From a virus: a stretch of 39,655 nucleotides of DNA. Shown here piece after piece: positions 35,987 through 39,655 of the stretch (the stretch's first letter is position 1; each line of letters begins with the position of its first letter). The notes under the pieces were generated by a model. It was not told the origin of the DNA, made no database searches, and saw nothing but the letters and a program-made list of their open reading frames with translations. Both the position numbers and the translations under genes were made by a program. The stretch lies in UHGV virus genome UHGV-0337752; one strand, given 5' to 3'.

Positions 35987-37060
35987 TTACATGCTGTTCA
36001 GTTTTTCAAAGTGCTTATTGATTTTTTTATTCTGCCGGACAGATTCCAGGTCAATTACATTTCTGTATACAGTTTTCATGATATTGTCACTGGCCCATCC
36101 TCCCCGCTGTAAAATATACTGGTCTGGTATCCCTATAGCGTGCATAATGGATGCGGCATAATGCCTGAGGTCGTGGAATCTAAAGTGTGGTATATCAATC
36201 TTTTTAAGTACTCGCCCAAATCTGTGTGTGATGTAATCTGGATTCATATCAACCAGCTTTCCCTTCTTGCCAGATATTCGGTCAATTACAAATGCTGGCA
36301 TTTCTACGTCCCGTGTACTATCATCCGTTTTAGGCTGCTTAATATACCACTGATTGTCTGGCCCCTTGACCATATTGTCTCTTACATGGATAATATGCCC
36401 TTCTACGTTCTTGTATGTCAGGGCGCTTATTTCTCCTCGCCTGAGTGGTCCAAAGGCTGCTAATAATACAGCTATCTCTAAATCAGTACCCTTGATTGCA
36501 TCCAGCAGCTTTTTAATATCGTTGTCGTTTGGGCAGTATAGGTCGGGACGTTTTTTCTGGGGAAGCTTAACTTTTAGAGTTAAATCCGGCGCAAACATTT
36601 CCAATGATGCGGATAATAGTCCATAAGCATTTCTGACTGTCTTTGGAGACAATTTTTTTGCAGCCAAATTACTTACCCATATCTGTACAGATGGATTTGT
36701 TAGCCCTGAGAGCCGTTTCCGCCCAAATGCGCCGCTGAAATACTGTCTTTGCAGACCACGGTACCCTCTGAGCGTAGAAGGGCTTAAAACGCCGCTCTTG
36801 ACGTTTAAATAACGTTCAATAGCATCGTTGACCGTGATATCTTCGTCCTCGTCCTCGTCCGGTTCATTGTATTGCTCGATAGGCTTATCCTTCATATCTA
36901 ATTTCCATCTGGTAGCCATGTCCTTAGCTTTCTTATGTGACGTCGCTACAAAGCTTTTGTAATGCCGTTTTCCTTTTTCATCCGTGTATAGATATAGCTG
37001 ATACCGAACGTTACCAGACGGCAGTTCTCCTGTTTTCTTTTTCGGGGCTTTTTTGGTCAT
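35987..37060 (-). CDS. tyrosine integrase
   Basis: ATG (MTKKAPKKK...) preceded by GAAGGAGGAAGAAAA. Catalytic motifs LRRGEI, HDLRHYAAS and GGWAS...MKTVYRNV. Track ORF is extended upstream to 37129. Confidence 0.8.
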   Translation of the reverse strand: MTKKAPKKKTGELPSGNVRYQLYLYTDEKGKRHYKSFVATSHKKAKDMATRWKLDMKDKPIEQYNEPDEDEDEDITVNDAIERYLNVKSGVLSPSTLRGYRGLQRQYFSGAFGRKRLSGLTNPSVQIWVSNLAAKKLSPKTVRNAYGLLSASLEMFAPDLTLKVKLPQKKRPDLYCPNDNDIKKLLDAIKGTDLEIAVLLAAFGPLRRGEISALTYKNVEGHIIHVRDNMVKGPDNQWYIKQPKTDDSTRDVEMPAFVIDRISGKKGKLVDMNPDYITHRFGRVLKKIDIPHFRFHDLRHYAASIMHAIGIPDQYILQRGGWASDNIMKTVYRNVIDLESVRQNKKINKHFEKLNSM

Positions 37061-37112
37061 TTTTCTTCCTCCTTCATTAATTTTCCTAAAAATAGGTATA
37101 AAAAATACAGCT

Positions 37113-37245
37113 CCGCAAACATCTTGCAAAGCCGCCCCGAAGATGGTACAATATAGGTGCGATTATAGTGCATATCTTCGGGTATGTAGGCCGGTTCCTG
37201 TTGGCGCAGGGGCCGGCTTTTACTTATTTCAAACCAAATTGCGCT
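37113..37245 (+). ncRNA. candidate small RNA: promoter plus about 70-nt transcribed region plus terminator
   Basis: TTGCAA-N17-TGGTACAAT (extended -10) at about 37120-37158. A GC-rich hairpin GGCCGGTTCCTG...CAGGGGCCGG followed by CTTTTACTTATTT at about 37188-37232. No plausible ORF. Confidence 0.3.
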
Positions 37246-37925
37246 TTTGAAGTCAATTTTCCATTTGTAAAATACATCGTTGCATTAGCTCCTGATGAAT
37301 CATCTCCGTACCATATGTATGCGGTAGAATTAATGTCTAAAATGTTAGTTTCTGCCATAGGTTCTCCTTCTCCACCAATTATATTTACACATTCTTGGTA
37401 TGTCATTCCAGTAGTACATTGATTATATTCATTCAGTGTTATGTGATAACTGTAAGTGCGCGGCCATGATGAAAATATCCCAATACCCCATAAAGTTATA
37501 AATAAAATCGTAAGTATAATTCGCGTTGATTTTGTTCCTTTTTTGTAATACCACATTAAAAACAATCCTAAAGGCATACAACAAATAAAAAGCATTAGAA
37601 TATAAAACCAATCTTTTTGATAGAATTTATAATCTTCAGTAGAATGTTCAATAATTTCTAATTCTGGATTATTTTCTTGTATTAGTTCAATAGTTCTTCT
37701 TATTTTATCATTTGCTTTATGATTAAAGTTAAAACGTTTTACATTATTTGAATCATAAACAAAATCCAGATATCCACCACCTACTCCAATTTGAAAATAG
37801 CAATACTCAATTTTTTTTAAATCTGAGTAAAAAATTTTTGTAGAATTACCAAACAAGTCTATAATTTTGGAATCCTTTTTTCCTACAAATAACTCTTGCG
37901 AAGCGCCCTTAATGCTCATGAACAT
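37224..37925 (-). CDS. two-TM membrane protein with BamE/SmpA_OmlA-like extracytoplasmic C-terminal domain
   Basis: TMs WFYILMLFICCMPLGLFLMWYY and RIILTILFITLWGIGIFSSW. C-terminal TGMTYQECVNIIGGEGEP...YIWYGD...ATMYFTNGKLTSKAQFGL. Low GC. Confidence 0.5.
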   Translation of the reverse strand: MFMSIKGASQELFVGKKDSKIIDLFGNSTKIFYSDLKKIEYCYFQIGVGGGYLDFVYDSNNVKRFNFNHKANDKIRRTIELIQENNPELEIIEHSTEDYKFYQKDWFYILMLFICCMPLGLFLMWYYKKGTKSTRIILTILFITLWGIGIFSSWPRTYSYHITLNEYNQCTTGMTYQECVNIIGGEGEPMAETNILDINSTAYIWYGDDSSGANATMYFTNGKLTSKAQFGLK

Positions 37926-37966
37926 CCTCCATAATGTGCATCAGACTCAATGACCAGCCCTGTACT

Positions 37967-38647
37967 TCAATTAGAATCTTTATACTGCTCCATCTCTTCT
38001 TGATGTTCAATATAGGAATTACACATTTTTGCATATTGTTCTACATCAAACTTTTTTCTCTCTTCAAATCTTTTTCTGGTTAATTGTTCGTTAGCAGTAA
38101 TTTTTTCTAGGTCCTTTGATGGACAAAATTCTGGACCTAGACATCCACTTTTTTCATAAGATACCAATTTATTCAATTCTATTTTAATCTCATTCAATGA
38201 AGTTTCAAATATATCTTCATCTTTGGTGGTGTTTACGATTTCAGCCAATGTTTTTATATGTTCTAAAATTTCTTCTGGTAATTCATAGATTTCTTTTTTA
38301 GCCCACTTACAATATATAAATATAGATAAGAAAATCACAAACAATATTAAAGGTCCATAACCAAATAAATAAAAGAAGTTCTGAATACAATATAATATTA
38401 AAAATATTATAAATAAAATTGATATCCCACCCAAAATACCTTTTATTGTTTCTGTAGACATATTATTTTTATATGTTTTTATTTTTCTGCTACTTTTAAA
38501 TGGATAGGCCATTAATATAAAAGGAAAACTATATAAATTATAAAACAGTCTAAATGGTAGCAATAATATATGTTTCCTTTTTTCTTTTCGCTTATATGAA
38601 CTTCTTACCCACATGCGCTTTATATAATGGTATTGACTGGGACGCAT
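37967..38647 (-). CDS. membrane protein (2-3 TM), AT-rich, 226 aa
   Basis: Basic N-terminus, then TMs ILGGISILFIIFLILYCI and GPLILFVIFLSIFIYC, then a charged C-terminal domain. Confidence 0.5.
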   Translation of the reverse strand: MRPSQYHYIKRMWVRSSYKRKEKRKHILLLPFRLFYNLYSFPFILMAYPFKSSRKIKTYKNNMSTETIKGILGGISILFIIFLILYCIQNFFYLFGYGPLILFVIFLSIFIYCKWAKKEIYELPEEILEHIKTLAEIVNTTKDEDIFETSLNEIKIELNKLVSYEKSGCLGPEFCPSKDLEKITANEQLTRKRFEERKKFDVEQYAKMCNSYIEHQEEMEQYKDSN

Positions 38648-38650
38648 AAG

Positions 38651-39076
38651 CTATCTCCATTCTTTAAATTCAAAAAGTTTTTCTCTGTATCCTGTTAAAC
38701 AGGAAAGTTGCTTTTTATTTAATCCTGGGTTTTCTAATATAGTAGTATCCGGTATCAGTAGCTCCGCAGCAAAAATATTTGCTTCTTGCTCTGGCCTTGC
38801 TTTACTAAAAAAAGTTCCTCCAAAAAACATACATTCAGTACCTTTGTGTAGCACATTGTGCCCAACTTCGTGAGCTAAGACTATATTACTGTATTTTATA
38901 TCTGTTATGCGGGAATTGATGCATATACATGATATTCCTTCGTATTCTATGTAATAGCCTGAGTTTTTTCCCAGGTCATGCTTTTGTACGATAATCCCTA
39001 AATAATCTGCGAGTTCCCAGGGATTCCTGGTTCCGTATTTTTCAACCAGATTCAAAACAGTATCTTTAATCTCCAA
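38651..39076 (-). CDS. ImmA/IrrE-family metallopeptidase
   Basis: HEXXH motif LAHEVGHNVLH. Lies immediately downstream of and coupled to the XRE repressor gene. Confidence 0.7.
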   Translation of the reverse strand: MEIKDTVLNLVEKYGTRNPWELADYLGIIVQKHDLGKNSGYYIEYEGISCICINSRITDIKYSNIVLAHEVGHNVLHKGTECMFFGGTFFSKARPEQEANIFAAELLIPDTTILENPGLNKKQLSCLTGYREKLFEFKEWR

Positions 39077-39079
39077 TCG

Positions 39080-39502
39080 CTACTCTCCAAAGCCTTCCTG
39101 CTTTTTCTTAATCTTAGCTGCCCTACAAAGTGATAACAGTGAGTCTCTTAATAATTTATCCTCATCTTCATCCCCTGAGTAATCCTCGCCGTTAAATCGT
39201 AGTACAACCGTTTCGTTGTTCCTTATGCGCTTCATAATCTCGTCAACATCATTAATTACATTAAGCTCTTCCGTGTTAGAAAGAGTGGGCTTCTTTTCTT
39301 CTGGGGATTCCTCCTTCCCATTCATTAAGTAATCAACAGTTACTCCAAAGAAATCAGCAAGTTTTTGCAATCTCTCCGGTGTAGGAGTGCTGTTTTTCCA
39401 TTTAGAAACAGAACCATTAGAAAAACCCAGCTCCTTTTCTAGTTTTCCTTGCGAAAGCCCAGTGGATTTTCTTAAGCTTTCAATCCGCTCATATACGGTC
39501 AT
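39080..39502 (-). CDS. XRE-family repressor (ImmR/CI-like)
   Basis: ATG (MTVYERIESLRKSTGLSQGKLEKELGFSNGSVSKWKN) preceded by AAAGGAG. HTH_3 N-terminus with acidic C-terminal domain. Track ORF is extended to 39538. Confidence 0.7.
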   Translation of the reverse strand: MTVYERIESLRKSTGLSQGKLEKELGFSNGSVSKWKNSTPTPERLQKLADFFGVTVDYLMNGKEESPEEKKPTLSNTEELNVINDVDEIMKRIRNNETVVLRFNGEDYSGDEDEDKLLRDSLLSLCRAAKIKKKQEGFGE

Positions 39503-39520
39503 ATAACTCCTTTCTAATCC

Positions 39521-39591
39521 ACAGAAAAAATTCTGCAAAAAAAGCTTGACAATTAGAAAGAGTTCTGTATAATAGAGATATAGATACAGAA
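39521..39591. promoter_or_regulatory. operator-like palindromes TTCTGTAT-N13-ATACAGAA and CAGAA-AAAA-TTCTG
   Basis: 8-bp perfect inverted repeat straddling the -10 at about 39563-39591. A related half-site palindrome lies at about 39522-39535. Confidence 0.4.
39546..39573 (+). promoter_or_regulatory. strong sigma-A-type promoter TTGACA-N16-TATAAT directed rightward out of the window
   Basis: Consensus -35 and -10 hexamers. Divergent from the repressor gene. Confidence 0.5.
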
Positions 39592-39655
39592 AACTTTCGG
39601 TAAAACTTAATGGGTACAGATATTTTTCTAATAAATTGTGTGGTAACTTTATATT

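Noticed and set aside
37053-37250. 65-aa plus-strand ORF spanning the integrase start and the candidate sRNA
   Set aside because: Antisense to the integrase 5-prime end, with no RBS. The region is better explained by a promoter-terminator (sRNA) unit.
1-39655. CRISPR array search
   Set aside because: No array of regularly spaced 24-40-bp repeats was found. The direct repeats present (6869-6975, 35753-35970, 860-920) are short, few and explainable as coding low-complexity, iteron or integrase arm sites.

Overview
The window reads as one nearly complete temperate siphovirus-type phage or prophage genome of a low-GC Firmicutes (Clostridia-like) host. Almost all genes are on the + strand, apart from a minus-strand lysogeny block at the right end.

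Gene order, left to right:
- Cro-like HTH regulator, a 141-aa unknown protein, and a Cas6-like RAMP protein with a C-terminal GIGTRRAEGFG loop.
- Small membrane and Cys-rich ORFs flanking a tRNA-like element that carries two T-arm/acceptor modules.
- An orphan C5 DNA methyltransferase whose motif I lies upstream of any canonical start codon.
- Rad52-family single-strand annealing protein, an HNH nuclease, a replisome organizer with internal iteron-like repeats, and a protein that is only a LexA DNA-binding domain.
- An AT-rich module of zinc-ribbon mini-proteins and a DUF551-like protein.
- A mid-genome tyrosine integrase followed by three XRE regulators.
- Small terminase, then a large terminase interrupted by an ~850-bp group I intron that carries an HNH homing endonuclease. 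The splice sites were deduced from the sequence.
- Portal, minor head protein, then a ~3.7-kb non-structural cassette: a BhlA/UviB-like membrane protein, a small HTH, and Gly/Gln/Cys-rich and BclA-C-terminal-like proteins.
- Scaffold, major capsid, connector, tail genes including an 821-aa tape measure, XkdW/XkdX-like proteins, and an M15 plus cell-wall-binding endolysin.
- An attP-like region with four copies of TGCAACACG around a T-arm-like core.
- On the minus strand: a second integrase, a low-GC pair of membrane proteins in the moron position, and an ImmA-like metallopeptidase with an XRE repressor (ImmR-like) facing a strong rightward promoter with palindromic operators.

The two window ends look like complementary halves of a single lysis-lysogeny switch, which suggests a circularly permuted or excised phage genome. 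No rRNA genes or CRISPR array were found. Coordinates for hand-found features may be off by 1-2 nt.
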